From Acanthopagrus schlegelii (taxonomy: Eukaryota), in NCBI GenBank assembly GCA_041753875.1, contig CM085480.1, positions 5,735,958 to 5,799,957 on the forward strand: 64,000 bases of DNA. The letters run 5' to 3'. This document shows positions 14,831 through 26,200 of this stretch, one piece after another; the first letter of the stretch is position 1; each line of letters opens with the position of its first letter. A program made the translations under genes and the position numbers. Under the pieces are notes generated by a model. It did not search any database. It saw nothing but the letters and a program-made list of their open reading frames with translations, and was not told where the DNA came from.

Positions 14831-15186
14831 TAACATGTAACCAATCAGATACTGTTGTGGGCGGGACACTGAGTGAGACCAGAGTGGTGACTACAGACCA
14901 AATCCTGCATTAATTAGATTAGTCCATTTTAGGGTATAAAGTACACGTAAAGAACTGATACCAGTTATCAATATAACGCTGAATGTCGGCCCTGATCATT
15001 TGACCAGGCCGATAGTGCAACATGTGGAAACATGCTGTGGCAAAGGAGGTAGTGCGGGTCATCAAGACACTGAGCCCCACATTCCTCCTGAGGAGCATAT
15101 CAACATCTTGCCTGGCAGATTGTGACGTCGGTGTATGAATGTGTGTTTAAATGGGTCAATGTAACGAGTGTTGTGAGACTAAGGAT

Positions 15187-15205
15187 TTATATATATATAT
15201 ATATA

Positions 15206-15270
<65 letters not shown>
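15187..15270. repeat. (TA)n microsatellite, about 40 units
   Basis: Directly visible in the sequence. Confidence 0.95.
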
Positions 15271-15275
<5 letters not shown>

Positions 15276-16369
15276 TGTATTAATACAAGTCCTTCAACAA
15301 TTTGCAACCCATGCATGTGAGACCTGGATCACTGGTACATTTTTCCACATTGGGACAGGCAGTCACTTGTGTAAAAGACTTGCAAATCACTTTCATTATA
15401 CAAGCCCCTGGTTAGTGCTTTGCAGGCATATCAGACAAATAGGCTGTTTCAAGGACAAGCAGCGCTTAATAAACTGGACAAATAATTCAAACAGCAATAT
15501 AGAAACTGGTAGGCAGCCACTGTAAATACTTTAAAATGGATGTCATGTGTGCTCTCCATCTGGTCTCCAGTCAATAAACCAGGCAGCAGACTTCTGAATC
15601 AATTGTAACAGATTTATGACTGTGGAGGCGGTGCACACTAGACAGAGAAGATATTAAATGATATATTACAACTGGACAATGAATGTTGTGACAATGTTCC
15701 TTCGGTGAATACATGCAGGTAACTGCAGCACCGACTCAAAGGGAAACACAATGAGAAAGCAGACTCATCGCTCCGTTTAGCCCTGGCTCTGAATAATGCT
15801 GACTCACTCACTGTGGCACTTCTGCAAGGCGACTGAAAGACAGTCTGGATGGTGAGTTGGGTATCAAAGCTCTGATCTACAATCAACTTTCTCTGAAGTG
15901 ATACTCCAATTAAATGCATAAACACACACTGTGACTCAGATAAGACGCTGCCTCCAACTGCTGGAGTGAGAAGAAAGTTTGCCACAAGAGGCTCAGAGAG
16001 ACATGAAAGGTTGCTGCCATTAGTGAGTGATAGGGCTTGACTGGGCGCACACAGATTTATTATTTATTATATGTAGGAAAATACCCACAGGCTGTCTAAT
16101 GAAAATATATTTTCTTTTTGATTTGGCAAGATTTGTCTAAATAATGCTGGGACTACAATAATTCTACAGCCCGTGCTCCATTGTTCCCTTTTTATCTCTG
16201 GGTTTCTGAGAGATTCAAAATATTCTCAGTTTTATCAGTGATCCACTGATCTCTCTCCAGCTTTTCAGAAGCTTTGGTGTTTCTGCTACCTGATGATGCA
16301 AGTTCTGGCAGGCAGAAAAGGCAGCTGTGAAAATCCCCACTGGGATGCTGCGTGTGTGTCTGTGAGGCT

Positions 16370-16850
16370 GCGTATAATTCGCATTGTGGGGACATGAATC
16401 TATTTACAGTCACATTGTGCAAACCCACCTTCAGTGCATGGACAAAATGCAAGTCCCTATAACGGTGATCATTAACTTTTAGGGTGAAGAATTGGTTTTG
16501 TGTGTGAGTGTGTGTGTGCGTGTGCGTATATAAGTATACTGCTGACATTGTGAGGTCATAAATCTGTTTACACCGTCACATTGTGGTGACCTGCCTTTCT
16601 TATAGGGACAAATCACAAGTCCTCACAATGTTAATCACTAGGTTTTAGGGTGAGAAGTTGGTTTATGCGAGTGCGTGTCTGTGTATATCTGGTCTTGCTT
16701 TCTATATTTGTGGACTCCCAAAACTGGGAACCTACTCATGATATGGGGTCCTACGGCTCTATGGGGACCATAATGCCTAACCTCACAATGTACCTCATTA
16801 AATTTGGGTGAAGGTAAGGGTAAGTGTCAGGGTTAGGAAAGCAATGGAAA
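16370..16850. repeat. Tandem repeat, about 2.7 diverged copies of a roughly 190-bp unit, each ending in a short (GT)n
   Basis: The units 16370-16555, 16556-16700 and 16740-16850 share 'ggggacatgaat/ggggaccataat ... cacattgtg/cacaatgt ... ttagggtgaag/ttgggtgaagg ... (gt)n'. Confidence 0.55.
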
Positions 16851-16918
16851 TGGTTAGGTCAAGGAAAAAGCTCCAGGAAATTATTGTAAATCTATGTAAT
16901 GCCCCCACAAGTGATGTA

Positions 16919-16950
16919 AACAACAATGTGCGTGTGTGTGTGTTTGTGCG

Positions 16951-16989
<39 letters not shown>

Positions 16990-16990
16990 T
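16919..16990. repeat. (TG)n microsatellite, imperfect
   Basis: Directly visible in the sequence. Confidence 0.9.
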
Positions 16991-17744
16991 TGCGATGAAC
17001 TTGCATCCTGCTGTTCTCTCCATGAGTCCATTGATGTGTTTTCTTCCCAGCATGATGCACATGGTTACCATCCAGTTTGTCATCCAGAAATGTTCTTGGA
17101 CGCAACGACTCCCAGATCTTCAGTTGCTCACACTGTCAGTACTTGCCAAGCTGGTGGTGTTAAATATCCCTGCCAAATCGTAGCCTACAGTCGTACTGTA
17201 CTAGGATGTGAAACATCAGCATATATTAACACTAGTTACAGTTTCTGTTTTCAGTGTTGCCATGTTGTACTTCGCATCTCAGCCAATGCAATTAGCTGAC
17301 TCAACCAGAAAAATTCACTTGGGATAGAACAGTAATTGTGTTAGAAGTCAGCAACTGGGCTTATTCTGGGTGTGAGTGTGACTTTCAGATCCTCTGGATA
17401 TAAGTAATCATCACACTGTCCTCTACTGAAACAGTGCAGCACTATTAAAAAAAAATCTGTTTACCACATCCTTTCTGTTGCTTGATACAACACAGGTGAC
17501 CCCCCTCAACATCTGTTAGAGTAAATATAAGCATGGAGATAAGTTGTGACCGTGTTCATAATGTCAAGATTATTATTTTTTATTTTTTTTCCATGAGCTA
17601 TCTACTACTATCTGTCGTACCTGAAGACTTCTGATACATATTAAATGCCATAGCATTGCCTGAACCCTGATGATAATGATATTTTATTCGCTGCTTATGG
17701 TCATGATTTCTATCATGGATCTGTTAGAGGCTTATCTGTTCATC

Positions 17745-17990
17745 CCAAAGACTGCCTGACTGCTTTCCAGCTCCTCCAGGGGGATCCCAAGGCGCTCCCA
17801 GGACAGATGGGATATATAGTCCCTCCAACGAGTTCTGGGTTTGCCTCAGTTGGTCATGCCTGGTACACCTCCCAGGAGGCGTCCCAACAAGATGCTGAAC
17901 CCCCTTAGCTGGCTCCTCTCGACATGAAGACGCAGTGGCTGTACTCCAAGCTCCCTACGGATGACTGAACTATACTCACCCTGTCTTTTA
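17745..17990 (-). mobile_element. Diverged 3' fragment of the same LINE family
   Basis: At nucleotide level 17745-17990 resembles 52080-52330 ('gggggatcccaaggcg.tcccagg.cag.tggg..ata.tc.ctcca.cg.gt.ctgggt'). Confidence 0.55.
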
Positions 17991-18180
17991 GGCTGAGCCC
18001 AGCCACCCCCAACTCACTTCAGGTTCTTGCTATTTTGTTCATTTTCCACAGTTCATGGCCATAGGTGAAGGTTGTATTGTAGATGGACTAGTAAATCGGT
18101 AAATCTCTTCACCATGGTGGCCACGAGCAGCACCCACAGTACTGCTTACACCACAACAAACCTGAACCGGACCCCAAGAT

Positions 18181-18182
18181 CC

Positions 18183-18225
<43 letters not shown>

Positions 18226-18240
18226 TGTTGTTGTTGTTCT
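18181..18240. repeat. (TTA)n about 18 units, followed by (GTT)4
   Basis: Directly visible in the sequence. Confidence 0.95.
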
Positions 18241-19479
18241 TATTAGATTTATAGATAGCTTTGAGAAGACCCTCTATTTGGAAGTGTCAACTGGTTGTGT
18301 GCCTCCCTCAGATCATTTTAATCATTTCCTTATTTTTAATTGTAGGACAGATCGTTGGGCTTTAGAATTAGTACGTTTTAAAGCAGTATTTACTGTTTTT
18401 CAATGTACTCATCATATGTTTAAATACTTAAAAAGGCTGTGGTGGACAAGGCTGGACTGCAAATGAAATTAATTTAACCCAAATAATTCAGGCTTTCTTA
18501 TTGTTTATGTTTGTAGTGCTACTTTTCATCCAGAGGAGGGCAGCATGGCCACATGACTGTGCTGTAAACAGACCAGCCCATGTGGATAACTGGAAATTTG
18601 CTTTGAACCAGGAAGACAACCTCAGAGTAACTCTGTCAAGCTGCAGTAGCTGACAGTGAGACCATTTCCATGGTTTAGAATATCGTTTCAGTGCAAAAGA
18701 CAGATAGGAAAAAGTCTTCGGAACAAAAGACAATCATTTTACCCAGATGAGTAGGCCTAAAGAAGCTTTGTGGATTTTGACCTAGTGTTAAGGCTGTATC
18801 AAGCAATATATCCATATAGACGTTTATTAAAATTACTCCCAAAAACCCCAACTCTGCAATATCAAGTTTCATTAATGTTTTTTTAGATACTAAACAACTG
18901 AAATTGTCACAACAAACAGATATACAGCCACCATAAAATCACCTGAAGCTGTCCAACATTTATGCTCCTTTATGCACAACATGGTGCTCTCATTTGTCAT
19001 TTGGCACTGGGCAGGTAGTGTTTGGGGCTTCCTTAGAATGGCGAGACTGACCAATACAGTAAATGTGTCCGAAAACCAGTCAGTGGAGCAGGTAACTGTC
19101 CTGATTACCTATGGACGAAGCCACACTATATACCTCATATAGGTTGCTTCATATTCAGCCCACAATATAGATGAGAGCAGTAACAATCTCCCTGCATGAA
19201 AAAAAATCATGTTTATTCCCTAAAATGTCAAACTATTCTATAAGTTGCAATGAAATTGCATTTTGCAAAGCTGAAGATAGCAGAAGCCACGCCCTTTGCC
19301 AGTGCTGCAAAATGCAATTTAGTATTTTCTTGTGGACACATATGAAACACTTTTTACACACTCTTTATGATTAAATTAACGTGTAACACGACTTTAAATA
19401 GTATAACTCCATTCTTATGTACTATGGATTTTGACGTTATCGCTTCTCTTAAACGTCACAAGCTTTATTTTGGAAACGC

Positions 19480-19649
19480 GCACACCGGAAGTGAACGCTG
19501 TTCTGCTGCTAGCTTCATGCTAACCTACGGAACAGCGGTGACAACTCACATCTGTTATATTTCATATTTCACTTGGCAAGAGCTCACGTCTGCCCGGAAC
19601 TCATTTTAGACAACAGCCGCAGAAGCAGAACCTGGATGTTAACGGCAGG
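19480..19649 (+). promoter_or_regulatory. parp4: Putative PARP4 promoter and non-coding first exon; donor 'cagg|gtaacc' near 19649 would splice to the acceptor just 5' of the ATG at 20162
   Basis: There is an ETS-like 'ccggaagtg' and CRE-like 'tgacgtta'/'aacgtcac' motifs. A good donor sits about 520 bp upstream of the acceptor 'ctctccttgcag|gcATGgcg'. No TATA box seen. This is inference only. Confidence 0.3.
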
Positions 19650-20022
19650 GTAACCCCTCAGTTTATTCATTTAACCAAACGGTCTCATTTAATAATTGAC
19701 TTAATAATAACTTTTATTTGTAAAACGCTACGTTACAGAGAGCTAATCCAGAATATACAACGTCATGACGTTAAAAGTGCACCCTGAGTGGACATTGTGG
19801 GACAGTTTTACTGCGTTTATCTTTTGTTTTCTTATGTATCATAATTCGTTGTCGTTGACCTAAATGGAAAATATTACACACTTTTACTGTAAGGTAAAGT
19901 ACTCTGTAGTGTAAAGAACAGCGCAGAAGTTGAACTTCTGGCACTGTTAGTCCTGTTGTGAAGCTTTTTTCAGCCTAGGTTTGGGGATTTGCTTCCGCAT
20001 TTGCTCCCCAGCAATCCACCCT

Positions 20023-20025
<3 letters not shown>

Positions 20026-20056
<31 letters not shown>
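20026..20056. repeat. (GT)n about 15 units, roughly 110 bp upstream of the PARP4 ATG-exon acceptor
   Basis: Directly visible in the sequence. Confidence 0.9.
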
Positions 20057-20057
<1 letters not shown>

Positions 20058-20164
20058 TAGGGGGGGCGTGTCATCGTGCAAACTGCAGCAGTGTGCTCAA
20101 GAGAAATAGATATGGTGACAGTAAAACTGCATGAAGGTCCTTCCTGTCTCCTCTCCTTGCAGGC

Positions 20165-20290
20165 ATGGCGGTGTTTGAGAACTGCTCCATCCTTCTGGAG
20201 CTGAAGAATGTGCCTTTCAAGCAGAAAAGGAGGTTGAAGTCGGCAATAACAGACAATGGAGGAAACATTTGCTTTGTGGTCCATCAACAG
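20165..20290 (+). CDS. parp4: PARP4 exon 1 (start codon; BRCT N-terminus)
   Basis: ATG at 20165 lies directly after the acceptor cag. Translation MAVFENCSILLELKNVPFKQKRRLKSAITDNGGNICFVVHQQ, donor caacag|gtcaga, phase 0. Confidence 0.8.
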
Positions 20291-23200
20291 GTCAGATGAT
20301 TCTCCATTATATGTTGGTGTTGTCTCAGAAACAGACTGGACTGGTGTCCCCTTTTTTTAATTTTTTTTTATTAAAAATGTATTATCGTCATGCAAATATG
20401 AATAATGCAGGTGCAGCTTGGGTGAGCATGCTGTATATCTTGGTGGTACAACATCATTCTAGCGTTGATCCCAACTTGCTGTCTGATTTCTGCCTATTTC
20501 CCACAGTGCTCTCTGATAGTGACCAATGATGTCTCCAACCTGAGCACCAACAGGCTGCGTAGCATCCAAAAATACCAAACGCCTGTGGTCGGTGTGGATT
20601 ATGTGTACAGATGTGTGGAGAGAGGAGATCTTCTGCCTGTGGATGGATACAGGCTGGATGTGCCCTCTCCCTCCGCTTCTTCAAACCCTCCTCCTGTCTT
20701 CTCATGGATGCAACAGAGTGGAAATCCACCAAATAAATACCAAGGTATTACCCTTTAATTAGACAAAAATATGCTGTTCTCATTTATGTGGATATGACTC
20801 ATGACGGTTTAACTTCATGATTACCTCCATCAAATCGCCTTCATCAGGTCCACATAAAGTACAAACAAGACATGTATGTGCAGTCTGCTGCATGTAGTTG
20901 AATGGTGCAGAATGGGGAAACGATCAGCTGAAAATTACAGTTTCTAGTGAAAAAATGTCTTCTTAACTTACAAGTCATATTGGTAAAAAACAATAATAAT
21001 ATCTGATCGTGGCAGAATGAGTTTGAAATTGAATTTGATGTGTCCCACTTTTAATTAAAGGTGCAATATGTAAAACATTGTGTTGAAAGAAAGACTACAA
21101 TCATTAAAAGAATGTGGAGAAATATCAGGTTTGACATTATGACGTGTATGTATTGTGTTGCAGAGATATCCGCTGAAGTTATAATGCTAACCAGTTAGCC
21201 CTACCATGTCCCAGTCAAGCCACTAGGAAGAGCACCAGGTTTTGAAGCCAATTTGACATAAGCAAAAGTGTAAATACAATGTGATGTGATGCACTGGAGC
21301 ATTGGAATACTTTTTCCCCAGAAGCATACATTTTGAAAGAAGTGGCTGTTAAATTGTGGATATTTTTTGAGAGTGCCACAACCTCTTTTCACTGTCATAA
21401 TTGAATCCATTCAGTCAGATACCATTTGGAATGTCTAGAAGAGCTGTACGATTAAATCATTGTATCGTTTCTCCTAAACCTAAAGTTAGCAGGGGGAAGC
21501 CTCTAGTGCTCATGCTAAATGGGCCCCACAAAATGGAAGACTCTCAAAGAAATAAATGGGGCTCCACCCCAATGTCAGTTGATCAGCAGGAAAGTTGAAG
21601 ATTTTTTCTTTAAAGTAAGTTAAAGCTTTAGTGAGCCCTGTTTGACAATTCTGAATTGTAAGTGCAGCACTAAACTGAAGGATCATGATGGTGAAGGCCC
21701 CTATATGCCTGACCCTGATAATTGTACAGGCGCTTTGTGTTTATGTATCAAACTATGACATTATATCATGGATTGTAGGTTTGTACGTTGTTAGGGAAAT
21801 ATTCACTTTGGACTCCTCCCAGTTCCAGCACAGTGACTCATGGTTCCTCGCAATCATTGCCTTTATTTGCACAGACACAGGTCATGTGTTGTTGTCTGGT
21901 AATCACTCAGTCAGTTCAACAGTTCTTTCCTCCCGTTTCTGTTTCTGCACTGATAAATGGACACTATGGTTAAATCACAGTTTAGACTCACTCAGCTGGT
22001 TTAACTATGTAGTCTTAAGGTCTGATAAAGGCTGTGTTTGCTCATCAGGTGTGTGGACTTTGTTGTACATTCTCATGTGTATATTTTGGATTCCATCTGT
22101 CACCTTGCCTATGTTTACCCAGGTTTAAATGCATACCAGTTCTAATGTATGTATTGCAGGTGTGACGTGAAGGTGTGTCATTCATGTGTATGTATTGTGT
22201 CTTGTGCACTGTAGGGTCGGAAGTACCAACAAGCAAAGCAGCTGCTGAACCGTCCAAAATCCCCATCAATCCTGCGACTCAGGGGGCAGGGACTCCACAC
22301 AGCAGCAAAAATGTCCTGGGGAAGTTCAGGTGTGAACGTTGACCGTCCTCATGTTAGCCTGGGCACTCAGTAGAGTTACATTAACACTGAGGGGTTCATA
22401 AGGAGAGATAATGATCTTGGTCTGCAGATTTTTGAAAACACTTATATGGCATCGTAAACAGGGTATTAGTGTTTTCCTAGTCACAATAAACAGGTGAGGC
22501 CTTCATCAAACAGATTTGCAGCCTTTCCTGTATGTCACACTAATAGAAATGTAGGTGATAGTGAGTATTTTATCATTTTCTTTTTCAGTTATGCCAGCTG
22601 AATGCTAAGCACCAGTATATCATGCATAATGAATTACCGCTACCAAGATCTAAATTAAACACATAACATTAGCCTACCTTTGTGTCTGACTGTATGTCAG
22701 ACTCTGACATTTTTTGTTTTGAATTATACTAAATGTGTAGTGTTTTGTGTTAGTTCAGCTTTCTTTCCTGACACCTGCCAGCAGATGGCACTCTTAGCTA
22801 TATAGATAGACTCATTCCAATGTCCTAAGCAATATGATTTGATGAAACCTTTCACTGCGTAACAGATATCATTATAGCCTACATAACTATTTAAATGTCT
22901 CATTTAAACTACCTGCCTAAAATGTCTCCCCATCCATCTATCAAAAAGTGACAAAGCTGTAGTCACACATTTACTGTGTGTGTCCTGCACTCACAGTGCC
23001 TCAGTAATACAAAACCAACTTGTTTAGTGCTTCAGTCCTTCAGGTAAAGATTTGCTGCTCTCACACACTAATAGGAAGTGCATGCACTGCATCCATAGTG
23101 TCCAACCCTCCATCTCAAAAATGTTATTACAAAATGTCCAAATTTTCTCTCTCCCCCCCACACATCATTCAAAGATGCTCTCACCACACACCTCAGTAGA

Positions 23201-26200
23201 ATAACCTCTTCTCACACACCTCTGTCACAAGGTGGAATCAATTAGAAACTAAGGCAGCATTGATCTTATTAATGTTTCTGCAGAAAAATAATTCCAAAAT
23301 AGATTCTATAAAATCTCTCTGATATGTGTATTTTGTTGTAATTGTTACATTTCGCAGGATTTATACTGAAACGGATTCTGACCTTCCACCGTATCCGGAT
23401 AATTTTCAAGTGGCCAAGTTTTCAATCTTCGAAAAGGTAAAGCTGCAGTTTATTCTAAGCCTGCTACGACTGCTATCACAGTAGTACAGAAGTTACTATT
23501 ACCACTAATAATACAAATGTCTCCCAAGATAAAGAGCAACACTTGGTGTGTGCTGGAGCTGCAGAGTCTCAGAAGGGAGAATGGATCTCAGTACCGTGTG
23601 GTCCGGTACTGGAAGGAAGATATATTATCCAAGGTATGAAGTTTCTTGTCAATTACTACTTGTACTGCACGTCAGCTCACAGTTGACTTTATCTGTTTCT
23701 TTGCAATTTGGCAATCTGACCATTTTTTCTGAAGTTTATATTGATAACAAACTGCTTTTAAACCGCTGTTAATAATGCTAGACACTGTATACGTATATCA
23801 GTCATATGACTCGTCTGTGTTTGTGCTGCTTACTTGCTTTTGATGTAATAATTGACTGTTGATTGATAGACCAGTAATTTCACTGATGATTCTGCCTTTC
23901 TATTATCATTCTTATGTTGCTTTAAAATCTCACAGTTTAAAAAGCTAATTTCCTGACCTTTGATTTATCTACTCTTCTGATCAGTTTCTTATATTTATCT
24001 GCTTAGGTCTTTTAACAGGTTGTCTGTGATACTATTCTGTAGAAATCACCCTAAGTTAAAAGTGTATTTGAAGTCATATTAAACCAAAGTGTAAAAGTGT
24101 TATTTTCAATTTGTGAGTTAAAATGTCCTCCTTAACAGTTATGGAAAGCTTCTGAGACAACACTTAGACAGTAATAGGAGAGTAAACTGTTCAGTGAAAC
24201 CAGAACCCCCCACGTTGTCAACTGAGAGTCAGAATTTTGAGCTCCATCAGAGTGACAGCTAATCAAATCTGGGACTGAAGTCAGACATTGGAAGAAGAGC
24301 TGTCATAAAAAAACATATCACTGTGTTTGTGCAAGCAGAAGATGGAGGTGAGGGATATGCTGGTGTTTCTGTCCACATCAGAGGATGCTGTGGAGGTCTA
24401 CAAGGAACTCAGAGACACCCTGCAGGCTTCTGGTCTGCAGCTGAGGAGTAGCCTCCCTCCTCAGGCCAGGCACCTGGGCTCTGCCACCCTTCAGCAGGTC
24501 CGACACAGTCACTGCACCTTACACTGGGCACATTTTACCAGCAGTCTTATCTAAAGCACAGGCACCCTTCACAAAATTGCACAGGCAATTTTGTGAAGGG
24601 TGCTGTACTTTTAGAACGCAGATTCTTAATTTGTTTCAAGGCACTGTGGACTTGAAATGTTTTGTTACATCTGAACATGCAGAACCAGCATGTACTAAAC
24701 TTGATTTCGAGCAAACCTGTTGTTTTTCAAAATGATGTTTTATTTTCTTTGCTCAGTCAATTAATTAAGCAACTTTTTCCCTGAATATGACACAATAAAA
24801 GAATATATCTAAGGTTAATAATGACCTATTATACAGATCTGCTCAAAGTGAGCCACACAGGAGCTGCCATAAGATTAATTTTGGTTAGTCAGATGTTTAT
24901 TGTTAAAGAAACATGGCAGAGTGTCAGGAGTGCAGGGAGTCTGTCAGTTAAGGGACCCTCAGTATCATCTTTGTATCATAACAGTCTAATCAAATGGGTG
25001 TTTGCTTTGGCCTGTGACCCACCATGAAGTTTCAGTTTGTCCCTCCAAAGGGAAACTTGCTGCTGGATGTTTGTGTAGCTCAACCTAATGAGCTGATCAT
25101 TTTTGGTTACATGTGACTTGTTTGACTAACAGCTACTGCTGGAGAAGAAGCTGAACACAGGAAGCGTATCACAAGAAGTGGGCACATTTGTGGAGCTGCT
25201 GTGGACTGAGGCCCTTGGCTGCCTGAGCAACATCCTCAGGGTTTCAGTCGACAAGCTCAGCCTAAATGATGTAAGGATTTCTTTGTCTGTTGACAAACTT
25301 CTGAAAACATGAACTGCTCCATCGACGTGTTGTTTTGTTTGGCTATCCTGGAGAGACATTTAAACCATAAATTATGCTTTCTCTTCGTGTGTGTGTGTGT
25401 GTGTGTAGGTGAGCAGGGTGGAGGGCTTGTTGCTTCAGGCTCAGAGGAAGCTGAAGGAGGCGAATCATGCTGAGGTGGCGTGTCTCTTGGATGAGGTTCA
25501 CACCCTGCTGCCACTCAAAACACGCTCACCTCCAAGTGCCAAGCTCATTTCCCAGTTGCTGGACCTATGTCAGGTAACACTGAACATACAAACATGCACA
25601 ACCTCATGGATATAAGCACATGCTAAAAGACACACTACAGACATAAAGAACTGAACATGTGACAGGTTGTTTATGTGCTCATGAGGATGTCGAGTCTGGA
25701 AAAAATGTATGCTACTCACTAAATATATGCATATTTTGGGTAGTGTGTTGCACAATGCAATCCCCAAAGGAAATCGAGAATCATTCACAGCTTTAAAAGA
25801 TTAAAGCAAGTTGTGAATGGCAGTGAAAAATCCATGTGAACACACCAGAATAACTTATAATGAAATAACATCCTTGAACAAACATTCTGATGTCTATTTG
25901 TGACAGTTAATTAGCTGTCGCACATATGTTGAACTATTTACAATTTCCTTTTCGTATATTTGTCTGTCATCTGTCACATTTGAGCACACACTGAAGGGTG
26001 AAAGTTGGATCAGATTAAAATCTGATATTGTCACACTACAGCACTGTTAGTGTATACTGTTTTCTTTTTGGTGAAACAAGCAGTTAATTCTTCAACATTT
26101 GAAGATTTTGTAAGAGAATCTATAGATAGATGTCTTCACTGCATTTGTTATATGTTAATGCTACTGTTAAACTACTGTTATTAGAATATAATGAATCTTA

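Noticed and set aside
16808-17299. 163-aa ORF spanning the (TG)n microsatellite
   Set aside because: It is a repeat-driven ORF (poly-CV) with no domain signal.
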